A stretch of 64,000 nt of DNA from Mobula birostris. Taxonomy: Eukaryota. Every line of letters begins with the position of its first letter. The stretch's first letter is position 1. Below, in pieces: positions 14,199-25,822 of this stretch. Under the pieces are notes generated by a model. It did not search any database and was not told the DNA's origin. It saw only the letters and a list, made by a program, of their open reading frames with translations. The stretch is from NCBI RefSeq assembly GCF_030028105.1, contig NC_092376.1:158936212-159000211 (forward strand), read 5' to 3'. The position numbers and the translations under genes were made by a program.

Positions 14199-17198
14199 TA
14201 GAAACCATAGAAACTACAGCACAGAAACAGGCCCTTTGGCCCTTCTTGGCTGTGCCGAACCATTTTCTGCCTAGTCCCACTGACCTGCACACGGACCATA
14301 TCCCTCCATACACCTCCCATCCATGTATCTGTCCAATTTATTCTTAAATGTTAAAAAAGAACCCGCATTTACCACCTCGTCTGGCAGCTCATTCCATACT
14401 CCCACCACTCTCTGTGTGAAGAAGCCTCCCCTAATGTTCCCTTTAAACTTTTCCCCCCTCACCCTTAACCCATGTCCTCTGGTTTTTTTCTCCCCTTGCC
14501 TCAGTGGAAAAAGCCTGCTTGCATTCACTCTATCTATACCCATCATAATTTTATATACCTCTATCAAATCTCCCCTCATTCTTCTACGCTCCAGGGAACA
14601 AAGTCCTAACCTATTCAACCTTTCTCTGTAACTGAGTTTCTCAAGTCCCGGCAACATCCTTGTAAACCTTCTCTGCACTCTTTCAACCTTATTTATATCC
14701 TTCCCATAATTTGGTGACCAAAACTGAACACAATATTCCAGATTCGGCCTCACCAACCTCATCATAACATTCCAGCTCTTATACTCAATACTTCGATTAA
14801 TAAAGGCCAATGTACCAAAAGCTCTCTTTACGACCCTATCTACCTGTGACGACACTTTTAGGGAATTTTGTATCTGTGCTCCCAGATCCCTCTGTTCCAC
14901 TGCACTCCTCAGTGCCTTACCATTAACCCTGTATGTTCTACGTTGGTTTGTCCTTCCAATGTGCAATACCTCACACTTGTCAGTATTAAACTCCATCTGC
15001 CATTTTTCAGCCCATTTTTCCAGCTGGTCCAAGTCCCTCTGCAGGCTCTGAAAACCTTCCTCACTGTCTACTACACCTCCAATCTTTGTATCATCAACAA
15101 ACTTGCTGATCCAATTTATCACATTATCATCCAGATCATTGATATAGATGACAAATAACAATAGACCCAGCACTGATCCCTGTGGCACACCACTAGTCAC
15201 AGGCCTCCACTCAGAGAAGCAATTTTCTACCACCACTCTCTGGCTTCTTCCATCGAGCCAATGTCCAATCCAATTTACCACCTCTCCATGTATACCTAGC
15301 GACTGAATTTTCCTAACTAACCTCCCATGCGGGACCTTGTCAAAGGCCTTACTGAAGTCCATGTAGACAATATCCATTGCCTTCCCTTCATCCACTTTCC
15401 TGGTAACCTCCTCGAAAAACTCCAACAGATTGGTCAAACATGACCTACCACGCACAAAGCCATGTTGACTCTCCCTAATAAGCCCCTGTCTATCCAAATG
15501 CTTGTAGATTCTGTCTCTTAGTACTCCCTCCAATAACTTACCTACTACTGACGTTAAACCCACCGGCGTATAATTTCCCGGATTACTTTTCAATCCTTTT
15601 TTAAACAACGGAACAACATGAGCCACTCTCCAATCCTCCAGCACTTCACCCGTAGACAGCGACATTTTAAATATTTCTGCCAGGGCCCGCGCAATTTCAA
15701 CACTAGTCTCCTTCAAGGTCCGAGGGAACACTCTGTCAGGTCCCGGGGATTTATCCACTTTAATTTTCCTCAAGACAGCAAGCACCTCCTCCTTTTCAAT
15801 CTGTATAGTTTCCATGGTCTCACTACTTGATTCCCTCAATTCCATAGATTTCATGCCAGCTTCCTTAGTAAATACAGATGCAAAAAACCTATTTACGATC
15901 TCCCCCATTTTCTTTGGTTCCGCACAAAGCCGACCACTCTGATCTTCAAGAGGACCAATTTTATCCCTTACAATCCTTTTGCTCTTAATATACTTGTAAA
16001 ATCTCTTTGGATTATCCTTCACTTTGACTGCCAAGGCAACCTCATGTCTTCTTTTTGCCCTCCTGATTTCTTTCTTAAGTATTTTCTTGCACTTCTTATA
16101 CTCCTCAAGCTCCTGATTTACCCCCTGTTTCCTATACATTTCATACAACTCCCTCTTCTTCTTTATCAGAGTTGCAATATCCCTTGAGAACCAAGGTTCC
16201 TTATTCCTATTCAATTTGCCTTTAATCCTGACAGGAACATACAAACTCTGCACTCTCAAAATTTCCCCTTTGAAGGCTTCCCACCTACCAATCACATCTT
16301 TGCCAGAGAACAACCTGTCCCAATCCACGCTTTTTAGATCCTTTCTCATTTCTTCAAATTTGGCCTTTTTCCAGTTCAGAACCTCAACCCTAGGACCAGA
16401 TCTATCCTTGTCCATGATCAAATTGAAACTAATGGCGTTATGATCACTGGAACCAAAGTGCTCCCCTACACAGACTTCCGTCACTTGCCCTAATTCGTTT
16501 CCTAACAGGAGATCCAATATTGCATCCCCTCTAGTTGGTCCCTCTATATACTGATTTAAAAAACTTTCCTGAACACATTTTACAAACTCTACACCATCTA
16601 GACCCCTAACAGTATGGGAGTCCCAATCAATGTATGGAAAATTAAAATCCCCTACCACCACAACTTTATGTTTCCTGCAGTTGCCTGCTATCTCTCTGCA
16701 GATTTGCTCTTCCAAGTCTCGTTGACTATTGGGTGGTCTGTATAACAATCCCACTAATGTGGCCATACCTTTCCTGTTTCTCAGCTCCACCCATAAGGAC
16801 TCAGTAGACAAGCCCTCTAATCTGTCCTGCCTGAGCACTGCTGTAATATTTTCCCTAACAAGCAATGCTACTCCCCCACCTTTCACTCCTCTGCCTCGAT
16901 CACATCTGAAACATCGGAACCCCGGAATATTAAGCTGCCAGTCCTGCCCCTCCTGTAGCCAAGTTTCACTAATTGCTACAACATCATAATTCCACGTGTC
17001 AATCCACGCCCTCCACTCATCCACCTTCCCCGCAATACTCCTAGCATTGAAATATATACACCTCAGAAGATTTTTACCACCACTCACAACCTTTCTATCA
17101 GTGGATTTGCTTAAACTTTCAATATCATTTATTTTCACCCCAGCCACACTGTCAGCTCTGGCACTCTGGTTCCCATCCCCCTGCAAATCTAGTTTAAA
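14199..17198 (-). mobile_element. Young CR1 LINE containing all of ORF2 and the 3' UTR, truncated at the ORF1 stop
   Basis: Uninterrupted 971-codon frame and gtttctatggtttcta tail. The 5' end is at TTTAAACTAG. Confidence 0.97.
14271..17186 (-). CDS. CR1 ORF2: APE-type endonuclease plus reverse transcriptase (open frame, probably damaged)
   Basis: Endonuclease motifs YFNARS, ISETW, GDFN, SDH. RT motifs DFSKAFD, SGVPQGSVLG, FVDD. The predicted start is TTG; the first AUG is about 140 codons in. Confidence 0.9.
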   Translation of the reverse strand: MQGDGNQSARADSVAGVKINDIESLSKSTDRKVVSGGKNLLRCIYFNARSIAGKVDEWRAWIDTWNYDVVAISETWLQEGQDWQLNIPGFRCFRCDRGRGVKGGGVALLVRENITAVLRQDRLEGLSTESLWVELRNRKGMATLVGLLYRPPNSQRDLEEQICREIAGNCRKHKVVVVGDFNFPYIDWDSHTVRGLDGVEFVKCVQESFLNQYIEGPTRGDAILDLLLGNELGQVTEVCVGEHFGSSDHNAISFNLIMDKDRSGPRVEVLNWKKAKFEEMRKDLKSVDWDRLFSGKDVIGRWEAFKGEILRVQSLYVPVRIKGKLNRNKEPWFSRDIATLIKKKRELYEMYRKQGVNQELEEYKKCKKILKKEIRRAKRRHEVALAVKVKDNPKRFYKYIKSKRIVRDKIGPLEDQSGRLCAEPKKMGEIVNRFFASVFTKEAGMKSMELRESSSETMETIQIEKEEVLAVLRKIKVDKSPGPDRVFPRTLKETSVEIARALAEIFKMSLSTGEVLEDWRVAHVVPLFKKGLKSNPGNYTPVGLTSVVGKLLEGVLRDRIYKHLDRQGLIRESQHGFVRGRSCLTNLLEFFEEVTRKVDEGKAMDIVYMDFSKAFDKVPHGRLVRKIQSLGIHGEVVNWIGHWLDGRSQRVVVENCFSEWRPVTSGVPQGSVLGLLLFVIYINDLDDNVINWISKFVDDTKIGGVVDSEEGFQSLQRDLDQLEKWAEKWQMEFNTDKCEVLHIGRTNQRRTYRVNGKALRSAVEQRDLGAQIQNSLKVSSQVDRVVKRAFGTLAFINRSIEYKSWNVMMRLVRPNLEYCVQFWSPNYGKDINKVERVQRRFTRMLPGLEKLSYRERLNRLGLCSLERRRMRGDLIEVYKIMMGIDRVNASRLFPLRQGEKKTRGHGLRVRGEKFKGNIRGGFFTQRVVGVWNELPDEVVNAGSFLTFKNKLDRYMDGRCMEGYGPCAGQWD

Positions 17199-18497
17199 GC
17201 TAGATTCTGTACTATTCTACAAATAAGAATCAGCAAAGCAGTCTGAACATCTTGCAGCTCTTTATTATATTGTAATTAAGTTCTTTGAAGCCATGCATCA
17301 CCCCAGCACAGTTCTTACACATCTGCTAGATTTAGATGTGCGCTGGTAATAGATAGTAAATTTTGTGAGTAGGGCAGGGTAACTCAAAGCATGAAATCCT
17401 TGGAAGATTATAAACTGATATGGGATATACAAATGCAGAACACTCCATGGTCTCACTGTTTAGAATGTTTTATGCCTGTATAGAATAGAGGTTTACTTGT
17501 AAGTTTTCCATTTCTAAAAATAAGATTCGAAAATACATGGTGGATTTCTTTGGGAGATTTAAATATTTCCATGTAATGTTTAACAAATGTGCAATGATAT
17601 TAAACTTCCCAACGTGGCAAATTGGAGGAAACAAAATTGCTGATGTATGTTTAAAAACAGATCATTCTTGGTGGTATTTAGAAGAGTTCCGAATGAGATG
17701 TATGTGCTAGCAGACTCTTACATCCACTTCTAAGTAAGGAGAATAAAGTTAAAGAATTATCGCTGGCACTAGTAATTTGCGTAGAAACGTAAAAAATGTT
17801 GTCAGACATGTGTTCTCTGTTCCAATTCTAATGAAGGATTCATGGTTGAAAATTTACAGTACTTTTTAAATTAACTGTCTTACTAAGCATTTTGAATGCT
17901 TCAGTTTGCTTCATCTTTCCACTGCATTGAGTTTTGGCTACCAGTTCAGAATGAACAAATAAGGATTGGGATTATCCCATCAAAAGCATTTAGGATTAGT
18001 CAGTGATTTAAATTTTGTGGGTATTTCAGAGTCATATTTCAAAAGGGTTTTGTCAAAAATACATTCTTACATAGAATGCATCTCTTGGAGCCACCAACTC
18101 CCATTAAATATTGAATCTATTATGAGTTTTTCCAGGCAGTCCACCCTAATCCCAAATCTAAATTATTTAGAGGATGAACGAAAGTTCTGATCTCCCTCTC
18201 CCACTGAGGGAAGGTTTGAAGAAGTGAAAAGGTGGCTGTTTTGCTTGATGCACAGAATTATTTTTCAAGAAAAGATCTCAATTTTATGCTAATAATATTT
18301 CCCATGAAACTGTCATCAGCTTTGTGTTATCCATATGGAAGCACTAGAGTATTGATAACTATTACAAATGTCTTAGAGTTGTGTTGTCTATCACAAATGT
18401 CTTGGAGCTGTGATGTCTATCTCAATGTATTGCCGTGCTGGACAGAGAATGTGATTTTGCTTTATACTTCTCTGCTGCTTGGAGGTGTAAATTTGGA

Positions 18498-18704
18498 TGC
18501 CACAGTCTTCTGTAGAAGCGAAGTCATTAAGAATATTTAAAGTAGAGTTTGATAGGTTCTTGTTAGTCAAAGTGTCAAAGATGGGGAGAAGGCTGGAGAA
18601 CAGGGTTGAGAGGAATACTAATTCAGCCATGATAGAATGGCAGAGCAGACTCAATGGGCTGAAAGACCCAGTTTTGCTCTTATGCCTTAAGGTCTTCTGG
18701 TCTT
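18498..18704 (+). mobile_element. Short CR1 3' end fragment
   Basis: AKSLRIFKVEFDRFL plus 3' UTR and ggtctt tail. Closely matches 13171-13301. Confidence 0.8.
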
Positions 18705-18810
18705 ACCAATCCATCAGTCAATGCTGTTAAAACGGCTTTACTTTTTGAAAATTGCTTGCACAAATTCACTAACAGTCACTGTGGAGTAGCTAACATAAAT
18801 TCTCATGAGG

Positions 18811-20003
18811 GCTGCTGTTAGACGAGTTGGTAGTTTATCATCGCCCATCACCTCGTACCCCACTGAAAAGCCAGGATCAGAATATTCTGCTCTGCCAGTT
18901 TAGAAGGTGCAAAAAAACCTGCTCTAGGTTGGACCTGGCACTAACACAGCTTCTCCATTCACATCAGCTTATATTTCTCACATATTATAATTTTTTTTAA
19001 TGTCAGAAACTTTCTTGATTAGAATCAGGCACATTCATGCTGAGGCAGGCTTTTTGTCCAGACTGTGTAGCTCGTTTCAGTGGGACTTCCGAGCTTCCTG
19101 AGCAGACATAGGGCACAGTGCAGGCCACTTTCCTTTGCAATGTTCTCTGCCAACCCTTCTCTGGGCAATTCAACTATCAACACACACACAATGCCAGAGG
19201 AATTCAGCCAGTCAGGTGCATCTATGGAGGGGACTAAGCGGTTGACATTATGGGACAAAACCTTTCATCAGGACCGGAAAGGAAGGGGAAAGTTGCCAGA
19301 ATAAGAAGGTGAGTTGGAGGAAGTAAATACAAGCTGGCACGGTATATGTGAAACCTGGTGTGGGGAAGGGTGGGTGGATGAAGAGAGAAGATGGAAGGTG
19401 ATAGGTGGAAGAGGTAAAGAGCTGAAGAAGGAGAAATCTGAAAGGAGTGGACAATGGACCACAGGAGGAAAGGAAGGAGGAGGGGCACCAAGGGGAGATG
19501 ATGGGCAGGTAAGGAGAAGAGTAGAGGTAAGACGGCAGCCAGAATGGGAATGGGAAAAAGAACAACTATCAACAACCCCTTTATCCACTCATGGTAACTC
19601 CCACAACTTTAATGCCCATCTCTCAACCCAATCCTCACCATCAAATCTGCCACTACACCTGACACACCTATGATACAGGAAACTCTTGTCAATTATTGAC
19701 ACTGTTACCCCTCGCCACAACGTCCATCCTTCATTGTTACTTCCAAACACTGAATCACAACTCTTCAAGTACACAGTAACAACCTTCTATGAATGAGACT
19801 CACGTGATCACAACCCTGCCCCTAACGCACACCCACCGTTCTTCACTGCTCTTGATCACAAATCCTAGGACTTGCTCCAGACCTGAATTTACTCAATATT
19901 TTTGCACCTTCTAAACTGGCAGAGCAGAATATTCTGATCCTGTCTTTTCAATAGGGTACGAGGTGATGGGCGATGATAAACTACCAACTCGTCTAACAGC
20001 AGC
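18811..20003. repeat. 105-bp near-perfect inverted repeat pair (18811-18915 / 19899-20003) around a ~1 kb spacer
   Basis: The reverse complement of the right arm equals the left arm with 3 mismatches by manual comparison. Confidence 0.95.
19180..19560 (-). mobile_element. Penelope-like terminal fragment with a degenerate hammerhead motif
   Basis: acacacacaatgccagaggaattcagc... homologous to 35552-35990. The minus strand reads cggtc CTGATGA aagg...ATAA tGTC aaccg (GAAA box mutated). Confidence 0.7.
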
Positions 20004-20809
20004 TGAGTTATTTAAACAGCAGCTGATTACCAAATATCACAAAAAAAAGTCTGAGGATGAATTTCGTCCTCAAAGCAGCATTGTTTGAGATAGGTAAAGG
20101 TTTTCGCTCTCGAAGGCCACATATGTTCTTCGGTATAATCCTGAGTATGTGCTCATGCAAAGGTTTCCTTGTAGTTAAGAATAAAATGATGAATATAGAT
20201 TGGAATGGGTTAAATTCTCAACAGTGTTTATAAATGTGGATTTGATTGAAGTAAAACATTTTTGCAGAACAATGGTGATTTTTTCAAACTTCCTGCAAAA
20301 CACTATTATTATGCTGTGACAACCAATTAAAATGAGCATCAGCAAAAGGTGGTTCCTAGAAATGTTATTTTTGCCTGGGTGAGGAAGACGTTATATATGT
20401 GCAGCTGCACAATCCCTGGTGACAGAGAGCTGCAGTGGCTTAGTGGCCCATTCTTAAGCTACCTACACTGTTAGGAATGCTAGAAAGTAACCATTATCCC
20501 AAAGGGGCAAATTGAGAGTGGATAGTGAAATTGGAAAGGGAAATGGAAAATACTGAAAATGGTGTAAAGCTGAGTGTCATCAAGGGGATTAAATGAAATT
20601 ATGTTTCATGTTTAAAGCTTTTTGCTTAGACTTTCCCTAAGAGCTGATCATTTTCAGAGTAAGACCTGGCTGACTTGGGTGTGTGGGTCAAGAATCAAGT
20701 TATCCAATCATAGCATCTCTTAGACAGGTCCAGCAAGGGTTGTTAGTAACAGACAGAAGAACACATACTTATATGGAAACTATTTGATGAAGCTATATAG
20801 CAACCACAG

Positions 20810-21183
20810 TAGGACCACCAGACATAAATAATTATTTTCGCCAAGCAGTAAGACTGATTAACACCTCCACATGGTAACACACCCTACCTTAGCCTCCACC
20901 ATTGCCACTTTATTGTTTCCTGTCAAAGTCACCTTTGCTTGAATTTCCAGCATCTGCAGAATTCCTTGTGTTTATGCACAGGCAGTCCTGTACCTAGCAT
21001 CTCTTTATGTACATACAGCCAATTTCTGTGTATAAGTTATCTTATGTATTTATATTTATTGTGCTTTTTTTATATTGTGTTCTCTATCTTATTGTGTTTT
21101 TTTTGTGCTGCAAAAGATCTGGAGTACCAATTATTTTGTTCTCCTTTACACTTGTGTACCAGAAATGACTTTAAACAATCTTG
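20810..21183 (+). mobile_element. Rex1-type 3' UTR fragment with a ~40-bp Penelope-terminus insert (20935-20973)
   Basis: AT-rich 3' UTR ending aaatgactttaaacaatcttga. Insert ttgcttgaatttccagcatctgcagaattccttgtg matches the reverse complement of 35552-35588. Confidence 0.55.
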
Positions 21184-21301
21184 AGAACTGGGAATTGAGA
21201 ATTAGCTGTCTTGGGAGAGAAGAGTATGGGAAGCCATTTCTCTGATTTTCAATCCAGGCACCTGGTCCGTAAGGCATCAGGGTCTGTCTTTGTGTTGAAG
21301 T

Positions 21302-21450
21302 GGGCAGCACAGTGGCATAATTTTTAGCATAACACTATTACAGCGCCAGTGAACTGGGTTCAATTCCCACTGCTGTCCGTAAGGAGTTTGTACTTTCTCC
21401 CTGTGACTCTGTGGACTTCCTCTGGGTGCTCTGGTTTCCTTCAATGTTCC
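21302..21450 (+). mobile_element. tRNA-derived V-SINE/HE1-like SINE (partial)
   Basis: B-box-like gggttcaattccc followed by V-domain-like ggagtttgtac.ttctccctgtgact...gggtgctctggtttcct. Confidence 0.75.
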
Positions 21451-21518
21451 AATGAATCAGCTTTTCATTCTGTCGGCTTTGGCTCACGGGGGCTATCATA
21501 TCCTATTTGACATGAAGT

Positions 21519-22071
21519 CTCAGTAGCCAATTTATTAGTTACATCTGTACATCTGCTTGTTAATGCAAATATCTACTCAGCCAATCATGTGCCAGCAACT
21601 CAATGTATAAAAGCATGCAGACATGGTCCAGAAGTTCTGTTATTGTTCAGCCCCAACATCAGAATGGGTTAAGAAATCTGATCTAGGTAACATTAACCTT
21701 GCAATGATTGCTAGTGCCAGAACGGTGTGGTTTGGGTATCTCAGAAACTGCTGATCTCCAGGGATTTTCATGTACAGTTTATAGAATTTATAGAGAATGG
21801 GGCAAAAAATGAAATGCATCCATTGAGTGGCAGTTCTGTGGGCTAGTGAGAGAGGTCAGAGGAGAATGGTCAGACTGGTTCAAGCTGACAGAAAGGCAAC
21901 AGTAACTCAAATAACCACGTTACAGCAGTGGTGTGTGGGAGAGCATCGCTGAACGCACAACACGTCAAACCTTGATGCAGATGGGCTTTAGTAGCAGAAG
22001 ATGACGAACGTAGAGTCAGTGCCCACTTTATTACATACAGGAGGCTCCTAATAAAGTAATCTCTGAGTGTA
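21519..22071 (+). mobile_element. Non-autonomous Tc1/mariner-like element
   Basis: Degenerate TIRs ctcagtagccaatttattag / cctaataaagtaatctctgagtgTA. Internal sequence is inversely homologous to 61440-61745. Confidence 0.7.
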
Positions 22072-22119
22072 TATCAATACATTAAAAGTATTATTCAGTT
22101 ACAAGTACAAGATCAATCC

Positions 22120-22543
22120 TATCATGGGTCCTAGCCTTCATTGTATCCAAGGCATCTTCAAGGAGCGGTGTCTTAGGAAGACAGCATCCAGCATTAAGGA
22201 CCCCCACCACCCAGGACGTGCCCTCTTCTCATTGTTACCATCGAAAAGGAGGTACAGAAGCCTGAAGACACACACTCAGCGACTCAGGAACAACTTCTTT
22301 CCCTCTACTATCTGATTCCTAAATGGACATTCAACCTGTGAACGCTACCTCACTATTTTATTTATTTTTGGGTTTATTTTCTGCACTGCTTACTTTAACT
22401 TAACTAGTTACTAGACATATATTCACTTACTGCAATTCAATTTTTTATTGCTATATTTATTTATCATGTATTTCATTGTTCTGCTGCCATAAAGTTAACG
22501 AATTTCATGACATATGCCGATGATAGTTAACCTGATTCTGATT
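22120..22543 (+). mobile_element. Rex1/Babar-type LINE 3' fragment
   Basis: SIKDPHHPGRALFSLLPSKRRYRSLKTHTQRLRNNFFP; tail cctgattctgatt. Confidence 0.85.
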
Positions 22544-24194
22544 GGTGGACTGTCATCGAACACTTACATCATTTGAAACTTGACTGTATTGAGTGCAGTA
22601 GCTCTATAGCACAGGAAACTTTCTCCCATTACGGTAAAAATAAATGATTTGTGCTTATACACGTTATAATTTCAAAGGAAAGAAATCTGATAGAAAATTG
22701 ATAACACAGGTCAGAAAAAGCTGTCAGAGCTCTGGGCATCTGGAGTTTTAATGGAGCAGAAGTGGGGGGGGGGGTGGGAAGTTTGAGGAAGAAACATCCA
22801 GGGAAAAGAGGGAAAAAAAGCAAAGGAGAATAGGAAATAATACACACTACTGTGCAGAACAATGAGCAAAAACAATGAAAGCAAAGAAAATAAAATAATA
22901 AATTCAAACCTGTGAAGCATGTTTAATGGGTACAGAGGAGCATGTCCCAGGACAATGTGGGACATGAATATTGTGCAGTTGAAGTAGCAATTATGTGTGT
23001 ACAGAGGAGATGAATTGTCTAATAAGAGATGAGAAAACTTAGACTGAAGTTAAAAAAGCTAATACACAGGAATAACTTGGGTAAGTGAGATCCCCTGCAA
23101 ATTTGAGTTAAGGAGAGGGTAAGGTAGGGACCCCTTGGTCTAGGATCTAGCATAGCTTAGTTGTATAGGGTAACTACAACTTGTTCTTCTCTTGAATAAT
23201 ACAAAGCTGTTAACTGGCTGTATTGAACCAGTGAGTTGTATGTTTTATAATCCATCTGTTCATGACTTTCTAAATCAGGAACATCTTTTATTAAAAGGCA
23301 ATTCAGATTTTGTTTTCCCATTCCCTCAAGGGCTCAGCAAGCAGCTGGGCCCCGTAGATTGAAAACATTATGAATTTGATCATCATCTTGTGAGGAATTC
23401 GTGATACGGGAGGTTGCAGGAGGGAATTTGCACTTTTGTTCAATGCCTTTTGATTAGAGAAGGTGAAAAAAAATCAGATTCATTTTCTCAATCAATACCC
23501 AGCAGACCCCCTTCAGAAAATAAATGCATGCAGACTTTGGATGAAAGTTGGTCATGATGTTTTTCAAATCCATATGACCAGCTTACCATAGAGACAGAAG
23601 AGAGTGTAAATGCTGGAAAATGGAGCAGGAAACTATCTGTGGAGGAACTTGGGGGTTGGGGGGGGGAGGTTTGAACAGCATTTCCTGGGGGGAGTGGGGG
23701 AGGAATTGTCAAAGTTTCTTTACTATTTTGGGTGAAATTCAGGAAGGCTTTTGGCATTGATAAATCCCCTCAATACTCTGCTATGGTGTTAGCAATAGAA
23801 GGAGAGGAAAAACACGGATGAAATAATTGAAGACTGTGTTTCTCCATTTACTTTGGAAACAAAAACTTGCAGAAAAACAGTACTTCCAAGCACATCTTAA
23901 ATTTACTTCGAATTTTGAACTGTGTTCTTGCCTCAGTTGGTATCAAAATTGTGGAGGTGGGAGGAGAACAATCTAAAATGCGATGTGATGAAAATCTGAA
24001 ATTCCTCACAATCAGAAAAACACTCGACCCATTGTATCTAATATACGGAGGAATGTAAATCGCACACAATCTTACTGCAGTTTGCTAGCATTTCTGTATT
24101 GAAAAATGCTGGGCCTTAATTCACCCTTTGGACCATTTTGGGTTGGACAGGCAAGGACGTGAATCAGAATCTTACTCTGTAAGCAAGAAGTTTA

Positions 24195-24447
24195 GGCATG
24201 GCACCGAGGTGTAGCAGTTACTGTAACACGATTGCAGTGCCACTGACCTGGGCTGCATTACTGCTGCTGTTTGTAATGAGTTTGTACATTCTCCCTGTGA
24301 TCATTTGGGCTTCCTTCAGCTGCTCCAGCTTCCCCCACAATCCAAAGACATATGGGTTAGTAGGTTATTTGGTCACTTGGGTGTAACTGGGTGGCATGGG
24401 CTTGTTGGGCCAGAAGGGTCTGTTACTGTGCTGTATCTCTAAATAAA
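24195..24447 (+). mobile_element. V-SINE/HE1-like SINE
   Basis: V-domain gagtttgtacattctccctgtga... and CR1-like tail gggccagaagggtctgttactgtgctgtatctctaaataaa. Confidence 0.75.
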
Positions 24448-24504
24448 AAGTAAATAACTAAATAAAAAGAACAAATTTCCATGTATTTTAACTCTAATTG
24501 TCCC

Positions 24505-24957
24505 ATATCGGACCACAAAGCACTCCAGCGTGTGGTGAAAACTGCCCAGCGGATTATCGGCACGCAATTTCCCACCATTGAGAACATCTACCATAAACGC
24601 TGCCTGGGCAGGGCGAAAAGCATTATCAGGGATGCACCCTAACCATGGACATTTTACTCTCCTCCCATCCGGTAGGCGCTACAGGAGCCTCCGCTCCTGC
24701 ACCAGCAGGCACAGGAAGAGCTTCTTCCCTGAGGCTGTGACACTGCTGAACCTCACATCACAGCGCTAAGCAGTATTGCACCCATATTGTACTGTCTCAG
24801 TACTTTTATATTTGTGTGCTGCAGCACTTTTTTATTCGCAGTTATTTTGTAAATAACACTATTCTTTGCATTTCTGCTGAGATGCTAAATGCATTACATT
24901 GGCTTTGTATCTGTACTCGGCACAATGACAATAAAGTTGAATCTAATCTAATCTAAT
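24505..24957 (+). mobile_element. Young Rex1/Babar-type 3' fragment
   Basis: HPNHGHFTLLPSGRRYRSLR..RHRKSFFPEAVTLLN; CpGs retained; aataaagttg(aatct)n tail. Confidence 0.85.
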
Positions 24958-25822
24958 TTCATTTCTTTCTGACCTTCCCAGTCCATTCACAAGGATTGGA
25001 GAAAAGGATGTTTCATATATGTTTACAGGAAGTGGATTGGCAATTATTATCCATTTGTAACAACCATTGGGAAAGCAGAAATTCTGTCTATCTAGCAAGA
25101 GACATCAATGAGCTGCTTCTTGTAGGGAGTGAGGGGGTCCGGGGAGATAATTTTATATTGAATGAACTCCATCCACTCATAAGAGATTGTTTTTCTCTCT
25201 ATATGCAATGCATACACATTAGAGTTCCAATAATCTCTATCCAACTATTTTGAAGTCCTGATGGTTTAACTTCTAGTTCACTGAGAACTTACTCCCATGT
25301 TCCCTACAACTCGCCTAAGTTCCAAGCTGCTTTTCACACATTGGGCCGTTGCTTCTGTGCTCCATTCAATACATAGAAACTCCATTTCCCACGCTCCCTT
25401 TCACCAGTATGGGCCCAGCTTTCATAGTCCCTATAACTCACTTGGGGCCCTGGTTCCAACAATCTCTTTCAATCACCTGGTACTATTTTCCATGTCCAAT
25501 TGTAACTTACCTGATACATCTTTTATGATCCCCTTAAATTTAACAGGTTTACTGAAAATGTTATTATTCTGTAAAATATCTAAAAATAAGTGAATTGAAA
25601 GTGTACTGAACATTTAATAAAGTGACATCTGTGAGCCCAATACCATCTGAGTCCTCAGCATGCAGCATTAACAGTTTTACTGCAGTTTACTTCATGTCCA
25701 AGCTATTTGATTTTGGCCTTGAATTCAGATAAATTGCCTCACAGTCCTGCATCCCTTCTGAAAACTTAAGCATCAAGGATCAACTTCATTCGCCATATAC
25801 ATTTACAATAAATAGAAACTTA

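Noticed and set aside
7169-17226. Repeated + strand ORFs (e.g. MYLSNLFLNVKKEP, MSHSPIL, MPLILTGTYK) that look like a duplicated gene cluster
   Set aside because: They are antisense shadows of the two near-identical CR1 ORF2 copies.
21302-21375. tRNA gene
   Set aside because: Box-like motifs continue into a V-SINE body and no cloverleaf is evident. The same applies to 24195 and 40875.
25580-25589. Isolated MEF2-consensus CTAAAAATAA
   Set aside because: Expected by chance in AT-rich DNA, with no supporting motif cluster.
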